From a virus, in IMG/VR virus record IMGVR_UViG_3300048858_000017, positions 630 to 64,629 of that record: DNA of 64,000 bases; one strand, 5' to 3'. A model generated the notes under the pieces. It ran no database searches and was not told the origin of the DNA. It saw nothing but the letters and a program-made list of their open reading frames with translations. The position numbers and the translations under genes are program-made. How positions within the stretch are numbered: position 1 is the first letter of the stretch; the number at the start of each line of letters is the position of its first letter. This document shows, piece after piece, positions 8,617 through 18,051 of the stretch.

Positions 8617-10325
8617 TGAGCAAGGAATACGAGAAGGCAATCGGGGCCGAGGTCCAGCACTGGCCCGGCGTCCAGGTCGAGTTCGTCACGGGGGGGAAGC
8701 ACCCCAAGGCGAAGTTCACCTTCACCCCGCCCGGCGATGATGCCGAGCCGCTGACCATGTCGCGGCCCTACGCCGGCACGCCGAGCGATGCAGTGTTCGG
8801 CATCCACCGGATGCTGGGCGACATGCGGCGCGCGATGAAGTCGTTGGGTGCGGCACGCGATAAGCCGGAGCCGACCAAGGAGGAGGACGAGGCCCCGTAC
8901 CGGAAGCCGAACGATGGCGCTGCGAAGCGAGACACCCTCGCCCATGTCGAGAAGGCCACCCCGAAGCCCGACGTCATCGACCAGCTGGTCGGGGCCGGGG
9001 TGGTCAGCGAGGTCGACGGCGAGGTCGCGCGCGAACTGGAACGGCGCGACCTGATCACGATCGGCGGCCTGACCCCCGAGGGCCAGCGGGCTGTCGACAC
9101 CTTCGTGGTCGGGTCGGCTGACGTGGTGGGTGATCAGGCCCCGACCCGGCAGAGCCGCGACGAGGTGCTGGCAGAGGCGAAGGCGCGCGTCGACGCGATC
9201 GTGGACGGGGTCTATTTCGACTTGCCGGACGAGATTTACCATGCCGTCCCGCGCCTGTCGGCGTCCGGTCTGCAGAAACTGTGCGTCAGCCCGGCGACGT
9301 TCTGGCGCGGCAGCTGGCTCGATCCCGACCGGCCCGCGCTCGACGAGGAGCAGACCGAGGCGCAGCTGCTGGGCAAGGCCTATCACAAGGCCCGGCTGGA
9401 ACCCGACCTGTTCGCGTCGACCTACTTCCGCAAGCTGGACAAGACCGAGTTCCCCGACGCCCTGTTCACCGCCGACCAGATGAAGGCGGTGTGCGAGGAT
9501 ATCGGCCTATCGAAGTCGGGAACGAAGGACGTGCTGGCCGACCGGCTCGTCGACCACGGCTATGACGAACGGCCGGTCTGGACGGTCATGGAGCGGGAGT
9601 GGGAGATCGAGCGTAACGGCCGCATCGCCCTCGACGCGAAGCACTTCGACCAGATGATGCGCGACATGCAGAATGTCCGCGAGAACGGCGAGGTCGCCGA
9701 ACTGCTGCAGGGCGGGTTCGCCGAGGTCTCGATCTTCTACACCGACCAGCACGGGATCAAGATGAAGTCGCGCGTCGACTATCTGGCCCTGACGCACTGG
9801 GCGGACTTCAAGACGTTCGAGAACAGTCGCGGCAAGGAACTGGATCAGGCCCTCGCCGACGCCATGCGCTACAACCGTTACTACGTGCAGGCGGTCGCCT
9901 ATCGCGACGCGATCGAGGCGGTGCGGGTCGGCGGCCTCGACATCATCGGCGACGCCACCGACGCCCAGCGCGAGTTTGTCGCCAAGCTGCGGCTGAACCC
10001 GAGCGAGTTGGAGTGCCACTACGTCTTTCAGGAGAAGAAGGGCGTCCCGAACCTGCTCGCCTATGAGTTTCCGTTCTACATGGTGCCCTACACCACCATC
10101 ATGAGCGAGATCGGTGCCGCGGAGGACCGCGTTGCCCGGATGCGCGAACTGACTCGCAACCGGACCCGGTTGTTCATGAAGGGGGCGCACGAGATCGTCG
10201 AGGCGAAGAAGCAGTTCGTCCTCTACAGCCAGGTCTATCCCGCCGGGACGCCGTGGTTCCCCCTGAAGTCACGCCGCCGCTTCGATGACGAGATGTTCCA
10301 CCCCTACTGGCTGGAGGGACAATGA
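8613..10325 (+). CDS. RecE/ExoVIII-like PD-(D/E)XK nuclease with N-terminal HicA-like domain and SAP insert
   Basis: YHAVPRLSASGLQKL and KSRVDYL...ADFKT nuclease motifs; GGKHPK...GTPSD N-terminus; QMKAVCEDIGLSKSGTKDVLADRL. Confidence 0.75.
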   Translation: MMSKEYEKAIGAEVQHWPGVQVEFVTGGKHPKAKFTFTPPGDDAEPLTMSRPYAGTPSDAVFGIHRMLGDMRRAMKSLGAARDKPEPTKEEDEAPYRKPNDGAAKRDTLAHVEKATPKPDVIDQLVGAGVVSEVDGEVARELERRDLITIGGLTPEGQRAVDTFVVGSADVVGDQAPTRQSRDEVLAEAKARVDAIVDGVYFDLPDEIYHAVPRLSASGLQKLCVSPATFWRGSWLDPDRPALDEEQTEAQLLGKAYHKARLEPDLFASTYFRKLDKTEFPDALFTADQMKAVCEDIGLSKSGTKDVLADRLVDHGYDERPVWTVMEREWEIERNGRIALDAKHFDQMMRDMQNVRENGEVAELLQGGFAEVSIFYTDQHGIKMKSRVDYLALTHWADFKTFENSRGKELDQALADAMRYNRYYVQAVAYRDAIEAVRVGGLDIIGDATDAQREFVAKLRLNPSELECHYVFQEKKGVPNLLAYEFPFYMVPYTTIMSEIGAAEDRVARMRELTRNRTRLFMKGAHEIVEAKKQFVLYSQVYPAGTPWFPLKSRRRFDDEMFHPYWLEGQ

Positions 10326-10531
10326 TGGCCGCCGCTTTGATCAAGGTCAGGGACGCCGGCAGCCGCCGGTTTGCATTCATGACGAGCCGTGGGGGGACCA
10401 ATCCTCTTCGCATTCATGCCGCTCGATTCGAGGACAAGGACGGCCAGCCCGGCGAGGAGCGGGCACAGCGTTTCATCAACGACATGGCCGCGGCGAACCC
10501 GGGCGTCGAGTTTAAGGTCGTGGCGGCATGA
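10322..10531 (+). CDS. Hypothetical protein
   Basis: Packed ORF. Confidence 0.6.
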   Translation: MMAAALIKVRDAGSRRFAFMTSRGGTNPLRIHAARFEDKDGQPGEERAQRFINDMAAANPGVEFKVVAA

Positions 10532-11229
10532 TCCGCGTCATCGACTTCGAAGCGACGACCGGCGAGGAAGGCGGGCAGGTAATCGAGGTGGGCTGGTGCG
10601 ACCTCGATCCCGCCACTGGCACGATCGGGGCCGACGGGGGCTACCTCTGCGGCATCGATGACGAGACGCCGCTGCCGCCTGACGCCCGGGCCGTCCACCA
10701 TATCCGCCGGCATCAGCTGGCCGGCCTGCCGCGCTATGACGCCCGGCTGGTCTACGAGGACGCGATGCGGGCCGGGGCGGTCTGCCTCGCCGCGCACGGG
10801 GCCGACTTCGAAGGCCGGCACATCATGGGGTCGCTGCCCCTGATCTGCACCTACAAGGCGAGTCTGCGGGTCTGGCCCGAGGCCCCGGCGCACAAGAACT
10901 TCGCGCTCCTCTACATGCTTGAGGACGCCGGGGTCAGTATCGACCTGGACAGGGCGTGGCCCCCGCACCGCGCCCGGGCCGACGCCTACGCCACCGCCAT
11001 CCTGCTCCGCGAGATCATGGCTACCGGGGCGACAGGGGCGGACCTGTTCGAATGGACGCGCCAGCCGGCGCTGCTGCCCCGGTGCCCGATCGGGGTCTGG
11101 CGCGGCCGGCGCTGGTCGGAGGTCGATTACGGGTTTCTCGAATGGATACTGCGCACGATCAGGGACCGCGAGGACCTGACCTACTGTGCAGCACTGGAAT
11201 TGGATCGAAGGGAAGGGACGGACGAATGA
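10528..11229 (+). CDS. DEDDh 3'-5' exonuclease (ExoX-like)
   Basis: VIDFEATT, AHGADFE, HRARADA motifs; C-terminal PIGVWRGRRWSEVDYGFLEWI. Confidence 0.85.
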   Translation: MIRVIDFEATTGEEGGQVIEVGWCDLDPATGTIGADGGYLCGIDDETPLPPDARAVHHIRRHQLAGLPRYDARLVYEDAMRAGAVCLAAHGADFEGRHIMGSLPLICTYKASLRVWPEAPAHKNFALLYMLEDAGVSIDLDRAWPPHRARADAYATAILLREIMATGATGADLFEWTRQPALLPRCPIGVWRGRRWSEVDYGFLEWILRTIRDREDLTYCAALELDRREGTDE

Positions 11230-12263
11230 GTGACAGCACGGCAATCGCCACCACGCAGGCCGGTGGCGCAATGGTGGAGGCGCAAAGTGAGTCGGCGATG
11301 CGCTTCCAGCAGACCCTCGCGATGATCCGCGAGGCGATGTTCAACCCCGACGTCGATGCCGCCAAGGCGAAGGTGATGGCGGACCTGATGAACGGGCAGG
11401 AGGACCGGCTGCTCCTGACCGAGTTCAACCGCGATCTGAATGCGGCGATCATGGACATGCCGGTGATCACCAAGGCGGGGATCATCACCATCCCGGCCAA
11501 AGACGGCAAGCCGGAGCGGACGCAGGGTCGGTTTGCACGATTCGAGGATATCGACCGGGTCGTGCGCCCGATCCTCGACAGACACCGCCTCTCGATCCGG
11601 TTCGATATCGGCGAGGTTGGCGGCAAGGTCAGCGTCCGCCCGATCATCGGCCACCGCAACGGACAGACGTGGATCGGCGAGGCGATGACGGCTCCGCTGG
11701 ACACGTCCGGGGCGAAGAATAACGTGCAGGGGGCCGGCTCCACCGTCAGCTACCTCAAGCGCTACACGATGTGCGCGGCGCTCAATATCGTCACCGAGGG
11801 CACCGACGATGACGGCAGCCTCGGCAAGTTCGCGATCGGCATGACGCACGAGCGCGAGGTGACGGTCTTGGAGGAGGCCGAGGAGGCGCACGCCAACGGG
11901 CGCTATACGGACTGGTTCAAGGAGCAGTCGCACAAGGATCGCGGCTGGATGGTCAGCAGCGGCCACCACAGCCGCCTCGGCGGTGCCCCAGCCCTGCCGG
12001 ACGCCTCGCGGGCTGACGGCGCTGACAGCGGCCCGCAGCCGCAGCAGGAGGCATCCCAGCGCGACACCCTGACCGCGAAGGGCTGGACCGACAAGTACGT
12101 CGCCGAGTGTGAGGAGGCTGGATCGCTTGAGGAGTTGCAGCGCATCCAGGTCGAAGGGGCCGACAGCCTCGCCCGGCTCAAGGAAGCGGCCCCCCGCCAC
12201 CACCAGCGCGCGGTGCAGGCCGGCACGACCGCCCTCGCGCGCCTGACCGGGGGTGACCTGTAA
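11226..12263 (+). CDS. ERF-family ssDNA annealing protein
   Basis: [30 protein letters not shown]. Confidence 0.85.
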   Translation: MSDSTAIATTQAGGAMVEAQSESAMRFQQTLAMIREAMFNPDVDAAKAKVMADLMNGQEDRLLLTEFNRDLNAAIMDMPVITKAGIITIPAKDGKPERTQGRFARFEDIDRVVRPILDRHRLSIRFDIGEVGGKVSVRPIIGHRNGQTWIGEAMTAPLDTSGAKNNVQGAGSTVSYLKRYTMCAALNIVTEGTDDDGSLGKFAIGMTHEREVTVLEEAEEAHANGRYTDWFKEQSHKDRGWMVSSGHHSRLGGAPALPDASRADGADSGPQPQQEASQRDTLTAKGWTDKYVAECEEAGSLEELQRIQVEGADSLARLKEAAPRHHQRAVQAGTTALARLTGGDL

Positions 12264-12799
12264 TGGCCGGCTCCCTGAACAAGGTCTGCCTGATCGGCAT
12301 GCTGGGACGCGACCCCGAGTCCAAGTCGTTTCAGAACGGCGGCAAGGTGGTCAATCTCCGCATCGCCACGTCGGAAACATGGAAGGACCGCAACAGCGGC
12401 GAGCGCAAGGAAAAGACCGAGTGGCATAGCGTCGCCATCTTTGCGAGCGGCAACGGAGACGGCCTCGCCGGGATCGCTGAACGCTACCTCCGCAAGGGGT
12501 CGCAGGTCTACATCGAGGGCAAGCTGCAGACCCGGAAGTGGCAGGACCAGCAGGGCAACGACCGCTACACCACCGAGATCGTGCTGCAGGGCTACGGGGC
12601 TGTCCTGACCATGATCGGCAAGGCCCCCGAGGGCGGCGGCGGGGGCGGCGGCTCGCGCGGCGGCGACGACTGGGGCGGCGAGGACAGCCGTGGCCGGTCC
12701 GGCAGCAGCAGCGGTGGCGGCGGCTTCAACGGCGGCGGTCAGCGTGGCGGTTTCGGCGGCGGCTTCACCGACGACCTGGACGACGATGTCCCATTTTGA
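12263..12799 (+). CDS. ssb: Single-stranded DNA-binding protein
   Basis: MAGSLNKV...KTEWH...[16 protein letters not shown]; Gly-rich linker; DDDVPF tail. Confidence 0.97.
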   Translation: MAGSLNKVCLIGMLGRDPESKSFQNGGKVVNLRIATSETWKDRNSGERKEKTEWHSVAIFASGNGDGLAGIAERYLRKGSQVYIEGKLQTRKWQDQQGNDRYTTEIVLQGYGAVLTMIGKAPEGGGGGGGSRGGDDWGGEDSRGRSGSSSGGGGFNGGGQRGGFGGGFTDDLDDDVPF

Positions 12800-12843
12800 G
12801 CGGCTCCGGCCGCCCTACCCCCTCCCCACCACACGAGGACACC

Positions 12844-13770
12844 ATGACCGACTTTCCCGAAAAGGTGCTGGCGCTGCTCAAGCGCGAGGGCACGAACATC
12901 AGTTGGGCGCATCTGACCTTCAACCCGTGGATCGGGTGCCAGAAGGTCGGCCCGGCGTGCGACCACTGCTATGCCGAGACGCTGGCGACCCAACGCCTCG
13001 GCGTCATGTGGGGGCCGGGGGCTGAACGCCGGCCCACCGCTGACTCGACGTGGGCGAAGCCGTGGCGCTGGGATCGCGTCGCCGGCGAGGCGGACGTCAA
13101 GCTGCGCGTGTTTTGCGCCAGCCTCGCCGACTGGGCTGACAATGCCGTCCCCGACGCATGGCGAACCCGGCTCGCGAACATGATCAGCGGAACGCCGAAC
13201 CTGATCTGGATGCTGCTGACCAAGCGGATCGGCAACGCCCGTGCCATGCTCGAGAAGATGTTCCCGGCTGGCGTTCCGGCGAACGTCTGGCTCGGGATCA
13301 CGGTCGCCAACCAGCAGGAGGCCGACCGCGATATCCCGCGCGCTCTGTCCGTCAAGGCCGGCCTCGGCATCCGCCGGCTGTTCCTCTCGATCGAGCCGAT
13401 GCTGGGGCCGATCGACCTGACGCGCTGGCTGGCGACGGGCGGCATCGACATGGTGATCGTCGGCGGGGAGAGCGGCAAGGACGCGCGGCCGATGCACCCG
13501 GACTGGCCGTGGATCGTCCAGGTCGATTGCGAGGAGGCCGGGGTCGCCTTCCACTTCAAGCAATGGGGCGAGTGGAAGCCTTGGGCACCCGGCGATCGTG
13601 GCCGCGTCCGTCACATCAGCCTGCGCGACGGGGCCTGCGGCGACGAGCCGGGTCATGTCGACGGGGAGCGCGGGATCAGGGCGGACACGCGCCCCGTGGC
13701 CCGCGTCGGCACCAGCGCGGCGGGACGCACCCTGCGCGGCAAGGAATATCAGGAGATGGCGGCATGTTGA
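12844..13770 (+). CDS. DUF5131 (gp37/gp68-like) protein
   Basis: TFNPWIGCQKVGPACDHCYAE, LLTKR, SIEPMLG, IVGGESG, FHFKQWG. Confidence 0.9.
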   Translation: MTDFPEKVLALLKREGTNISWAHLTFNPWIGCQKVGPACDHCYAETLATQRLGVMWGPGAERRPTADSTWAKPWRWDRVAGEADVKLRVFCASLADWADNAVPDAWRTRLANMISGTPNLIWMLLTKRIGNARAMLEKMFPAGVPANVWLGITVANQQEADRDIPRALSVKAGLGIRRLFLSIEPMLGPIDLTRWLATGGIDMVIVGGESGKDARPMHPDWPWIVQVDCEEAGVAFHFKQWGEWKPWAPGDRGRVRHISLRDGACGDEPGHVDGERGIRADTRPVARVGTSAAGRTLRGKEYQEMAAC

Positions 13771-14393
13771 GCGAGGCGACGCGGCAGGAGGCCGCCAAGC
13801 ACAGCAAGGGCGCGACGATCAAGGTGTTCAGCGGCGGGGTCTACGACCTCGCGGACCCGGACCCCTCGGTGATCAGCCTCGACGACCTAGCCTACGGGCT
13901 GGCCTATACCGTCCGGTTCCGGGGCCAGTGCCGGGTCGACGGCCGGCGGGTGTTCTACGGTGTCGCCGAGCATAACGTCCGGGGGGCCGAGTGGCTTCTG
14001 GTCGAGGGCTACAGCGCGGCCGACGCGCTGGCCTTCCTGCACCACGAGGACGGGGAACTGCCGTTCGGCGATCTGCCCGGCCCGGGCAAGTCGCTGTTCC
14101 CGGGATGGCGCGAGCGCGAGAAGGATCACTGCGCCAAGATCAGCGCCCGGTTCGACGTCGAGACGCCGGACCCCGACCTGATCAAGCGGTGGGATATCCG
14201 CATGTATTGCACCGAGCGTCGCGACCTGATGGGCGAGGCGACCGAGGACGAGCCGCTGCCCGGCTACGGCCCGTTCCCCGGCAGGATCGTCCCCTTCCCC
14301 CACCCCGATCAGGCTGCCGACCGGTTCCTGACGCTCGAACGAACCCTTCGCCAAATGCTGGCGACCACCAACACCGCGGGGACCGTCGCATGA
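13764..14393 (+). CDS. HD-superfamily phosphohydrolase (YfbR-like)
   Basis: DLAYGLA...RF.G...YGVAEH...LHHEDGE...GDLPGPGK; HD motif is variant. Confidence 0.7.
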   Translation: MLSEATRQEAAKHSKGATIKVFSGGVYDLADPDPSVISLDDLAYGLAYTVRFRGQCRVDGRRVFYGVAEHNVRGAEWLLVEGYSAADALAFLHHEDGELPFGDLPGPGKSLFPGWREREKDHCAKISARFDVETPDPDLIKRWDIRMYCTERRDLMGEATEDEPLPGYGPFPGRIVPFPHPDQAADRFLTLERTLRQMLATTNTAGTVA

Positions 14394-16522
14394 GATTGCA
14401 ACCAGCTGTTCAGACCTACCGGGTCGGCCATCTCTTCTGCGGGATCGGGGCCGGTGCCGCCGGGTTCAATGACGCCAACCCGCGCGTGCACGGAATGTCG
14501 GGGCGCTTCGTCTGTGCCGGCGGCGTCGACGTTGACCCCGGCGCGATCCAGAACTTCGACCAGATCGCCGGTGCGAAGGGCACGGTCATGGACCTGTTCG
14601 ATCGCGAGCAGTACGCCGCCTTCCACGGCAAGGAACCGCCGGCGGGATGGCGCGAGGCGACCCCGGCCGATATCCGCCGCGCCCACGGCGACGCCCCGCT
14701 CGACGTCATGTTCTTGTCGGCCCCGTGCAAAGGCTTCTCCGGCCTGCTGTCCGCCAAGGCCTCGGGGCATGACAAATATCAGGCGCTGAACGCCCTGACG
14801 GTGCGCGGGGTCTGGCTGACGTTGGAGGCGTACAAGGATCGGCCGATCCGCATTATCCTGTTCGAGAACGTGCCTCGCATCCTGACGCGCGGCCGGGCGC
14901 TGCTCGACAAGATACAGGCCCTGCTCCGGGCCTACGGCTACGTCTTTGCCGAGACGACCCACAACTGCGGCGAGATCGGCGAACTGGCGCAGAGCCGGAA
15001 CCGGATGCTGATGGTCGCACGCCACGCCGAGTCCGTGCCGCCGTTCCTCTACCAGCCGGCCAAGCACCGCCTGCGCGGCGTCGGCGAGGTGATCGGCCTG
15101 CTGCCCCTCCCCGGCGATCCGATCGCTGGCGAGATGCACCGTGTCCCGCGCCTGCAGTGGAAGACGTGGGTCCGCCTCGCCTTCGTGCCCGCCGGCAAGG
15201 ACTGGCGCGCGCTGAACGATCTAGCGGTCGAGAACGGTCACCTCCGCGACTTCGGGATCGTCCCCGACCTCGCCATGCGCGACAACCAATTGGGCGTGCT
15301 GGGGTGGGGCGACACCGCGCCGGTCCTGACGGGCCAGCGGTCGCCCGCACAGGGCCGGTTCAGTGTCGCCGATATCCGGGTCGGCGATGCCCATAACGAG
15401 ATGCTGGGCGTCCGTGACTGGACCGATCCCGCCCGGGTCGTGGCCGGGGCGAGCCGGCCCGCCAACGGGGCGCACAGTGTCGCGGACCCGCGTCCGGTGC
15501 AGACCAACCAGACCTTCGGGCAGTACGGCGTCCGGCCGTGGCAGGAGACGGCAGGCACGGTGACGGGGCAGGCGGCTCCAGGTGGCGGCCCGAACTCGAT
15601 CGCGGACCCCCGCCTCGGCCGCGTCGCCCACTCCAACGTCTACCGGGTCGTCCCCTATGATCAGTCGGCCGTCGCCGTCACGTCGAGCCGGGACACCGCC
15701 GTCGCAGACCCGCGCGCCTCGACCGGGTTTCAGGGGGCCGGCAAGTATCGCGTCACCGCGTTTGACGAGGCGGCCGGGACGATCATCGCCGGATCGACCA
15801 CCGGACAGGGGGCGTTCGCGCTCGCCGACCCGCGGCCGACGCACGGGCCGAACGCCCACCAGAACAAGCACAAGGTCGTCGCCTATGAGGACGCCGCCCC
15901 GGTCGTCACCGGGTCCGATCGCGTCGGCTCGGGCGCGCTGTCGGTGGCGGACCCCCGGCCCGTCGGCCTGAACGCGGAGGGGCGCGAGGGCTACGCGACG
16001 CAGGGCCACTACGGCGTCCTCGGCTGGACGGACAGCAGCAATGCCGTCCCGGGCTATGCCAAGTATGATCGGGGGAACTGGTCGGTGGCGGACCCGCGCG
16101 ACCTGGACGGCGAAGCCGCCCCGGTGCCGGCGCTGCCGAAGCCAGACGATCGCCTCGTCGCCCGCATCATCGCGCGCGACGGGACGTGGCATCGGCCGTT
16201 CACGACACTCGAACTAGCGGCGCTACAGTCCATCTTCGACCCCGAGGAGGTGTTCGGGTTCGACCCCGAACTGGCGGCGTGGCAGCGGCGCGCCGACTTT
16301 GCGCTGACCGGCGGGTCCGATCAGGTCAAGCGCGAGTGGATCGGCAACGCCGTCCCGCGCAAGGCCGCGCGCGGCATGGCCCAGACGATCGGCGAAACGC
16401 TGCTGCTCGCTGACATGGGCGAGACATTCGTGCTGTCGAGCCGAGCGATCTGGACGAAGCCGCTGGCGCTGGCCCTGTCCGTTGATCCCCGCCAGACCGT
16501 TGCCGGCGAGGTGATTCTGTGA
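14390..16522 (+). CDS. DNA (cytosine-5) methyltransferase with repeat-expanded variable region
   Basis: Motif I LFCGIG, catalytic APCKGFS, ENV, QSRNR, C-terminal IGNAVP; seven (S/A)(V/I/L)ADPR-type repeats. Confidence 0.9.
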   Translation: MRLQPAVQTYRVGHLFCGIGAGAAGFNDANPRVHGMSGRFVCAGGVDVDPGAIQNFDQIAGAKGTVMDLFDREQYAAFHGKEPPAGWREATPADIRRAHGDAPLDVMFLSAPCKGFSGLLSAKASGHDKYQALNALTVRGVWLTLEAYKDRPIRIILFENVPRILTRGRALLDKIQALLRAYGYVFAETTHNCGEIGELAQSRNRMLMVARHAESVPPFLYQPAKHRLRGVGEVIGLLPLPGDPIAGEMHRVPRLQWKTWVRLAFVPAGKDWRALNDLAVENGHLRDFGIVPDLAMRDNQLGVLGWGDTAPVLTGQRSPAQGRFSVADIRVGDAHNEMLGVRDWTDPARVVAGASRPANGAHSVADPRPVQTNQTFGQYGVRPWQETAGTVTGQAAPGGGPNSIADPRLGRVAHSNVYRVVPYDQSAVAVTSSRDTAVADPRASTGFQGAGKYRVTAFDEAAGTIIAGSTTGQGAFALADPRPTHGPNAHQNKHKVVAYEDAAPVVTGSDRVGSGALSVADPRPVGLNAEGREGYATQGHYGVLGWTDSSNAVPGYAKYDRGNWSVADPRDLDGEAAPVPALPKPDDRLVARIIARDGTWHRPFTTLELAALQSIFDPEEVFGFDPELAAWQRRADFALTGGSDQVKREWIGNAVPRKAARGMAQTIGETLLLADMGETFVLSSRAIWTKPLALALSVDPRQTVAGEVIL

Positions 16523-16692
16523 GGGTGGCGCGAGAGTATGTGATCCGGCGGAACACCCGGCAGGGCGGCTTCACGCTGTCCCTGCGCGGGCATTGGGGAA
16601 ACCTGCCCCACCCCGACATCGAGTCCGCGCGCGCGGCGGCTAGGGCTGACGCCGGGGCGCTGACCCATACGATCGAGCGGGAGGGGTGCTGA
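16519..16692 (+). CDS. Hypothetical protein
   Basis: Manual ORF, GTGA overlap with the methyltransferase stop. Confidence 0.5.
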   Translation: MRVAREYVIRRNTRQGGFTLSLRGHWGNLPHPDIESARAAARADAGALTHTIEREGC

Positions 16693-16711
16693 TGATCGGG
16701 GCGGCGAATCA

Positions 16712-16900
16712 GTGATCGAGGTGATCCCCGCGGGCAACCGCTGGACGTGGCGCATGATCGATGCGGAGGGCCGGGTGATCGTCTACACCGACGACAGCTG
16801 GCCCTCCGACTTCGAGGCCTTTGACGCCGCCAAGGCCTACCGCGCGGCGTTCTGGGCGGCGGCCTGCGCGATCGACCACCGGATGGGGGCCTGTATATGA
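16712..16900 (+). CDS. Hypothetical protein
   Basis: Packed ORF. Confidence 0.6.
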   Translation: MIEVIPAGNRWTWRMIDAEGRVIVYTDDSWPSDFEAFDAAKAYRAAFWAAACAIDHRMGACI

Positions 16901-17637
16901 ACGACCTGTTCAAGACCGAGGCCGAGATGGTCGCCAGCTGGCTCAAGCACGAGTTCGGCCGCGCCAACCATCGCGGCGACTGGTTGGTCTATCCCGAGAC
17001 CGCCGGGTGGGACCTGCTCCTCGTCCACGCCGACGGCTATCAGATCGGCGTCGAGGCGAAGCTGTCGCTGAACGCGAAGGTTCTAGACCAGGCCCTCGTC
17101 GGTCAGCACACAAGTTATGGCTGCGACGGCCCGGACTATCGGGCCGTCTTGGTGCCCGAGGGCAGGGTCCAGCTGCATCTCGGCAACATCGCCGCCGCGA
17201 TCGGCATCCGTGTCCTAACGGTCCACAAGCCCGAGCGCGGCATCTGGCGCTCGGTCGACCTGCCCGACGAGAACAGCGCCTATCGGCAGTGGCCGAACTG
17301 GATGCCGTCGGAGCGATGCCCGCTCCCTGAATATGTGCCTGACGTAGCGGCCGGGATGGCTGCCCCGGTGCAGCTGACGCCATGGAAGGTGAAGGCTATC
17401 CGGCTGATGATCGTGCTGGAGCGGCGCGGCTTCGTCACCCGAGCCGACATGAAGGCCCTCGGTATCAGCCCGACCCGCTGGTGCGACCACTTCCACGGGT
17501 TCCTCGACCCCGGCCCTGCCCGGAACTACGTGCGCGGCAAGCGGACCCCCGACCTCAAGGCCCAGCACCCGACGAACTGGGCGCAGATCGAGGCCGACTT
17601 CGACAAATGGACGGCCGAGGCCAAGCTGTCGGTTTAG
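16897..17637 (+). CDS. Putative PD-(D/E)XK (MmcB-like) nuclease-fold protein
   Basis: PETAGWDLLLVH...GVEAK spacing. Confidence 0.5.
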   Translation: MNDLFKTEAEMVASWLKHEFGRANHRGDWLVYPETAGWDLLLVHADGYQIGVEAKLSLNAKVLDQALVGQHTSYGCDGPDYRAVLVPEGRVQLHLGNIAAAIGIRVLTVHKPERGIWRSVDLPDENSAYRQWPNWMPSERCPLPEYVPDVAAGMAAPVQLTPWKVKAIRLMIVLERRGFVTRADMKALGISPTRWCDHFHGFLDPGPARNYVRGKRTPDLKAQHPTNWAQIEADFDKWTAEAKLSV

Positions 17638-18050
17638 CGGAAAGCGGTCACGCGCGCCGTGATCGAGTAGCTGACGCCCACCCCCAGCTGGGGCAGGAGC
17701 AGCTTCGCGACTGCCGACCCCCCGGCGCTTGAGCAGCGGATATCCCCAAGCATGAAGCCAGCCGGGGGCGGAGAGGTCTCGGTGGGCGTCATAATCAGGC
17801 GGTCTCCGGGGAGGCAAGCCACGCTGACGATGAAGTCGCGAACCCCGGAAAGCTGAACCGACAGGAGGCCGGACTGCGCCAAGGTGACGTCGGCGAGCAG
17901 GACCGGCTGATGCGACTGCAACGTGGCGATCGTGACGTCCGCCTCCGCGCGCGTCATCAGGGTCGAGGCGTCGACCGGTGGGTAGCTGATCGTCTGGGCC
18001 GCCGCCGGGGCGGCGCAAAGCAATGCGGCGAGCAGGATCAAGCGGCGCAT
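17634..18050 (-). CDS. Secreted hypothetical protein
   Basis: Sec signal MRRLILLAALLCAAPAAA-Q. Confidence 0.75.
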   Translation of the reverse strand: MRRLILLAALLCAAPAAAQTISYPPVDASTLMTRAEADVTIATLQSHQPVLLADVTLAQSGLLSVQLSGVRDFIVSVACLPGDRLIMTPTETSPPPAGFMLGDIRCSSAGGSAVAKLLLPQLGVGVSYSITARVTAFR

Positions 18051-18051
18051 G

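Noticed and set aside
7288-8640. Long antisense or alternate-frame ORFs here and elsewhere (e.g. 21570-23252, 43845-45620, 32853-34097)
   Set aside because: They shadow well-supported genes, are low-complexity Arg/Ala/Gly-rich, and are expected at this GC content
8613-8860. HicAB toxin-antitoxin pair
   Set aside because: No HicB partner, and the HicA-like segment is in frame with the nuclease
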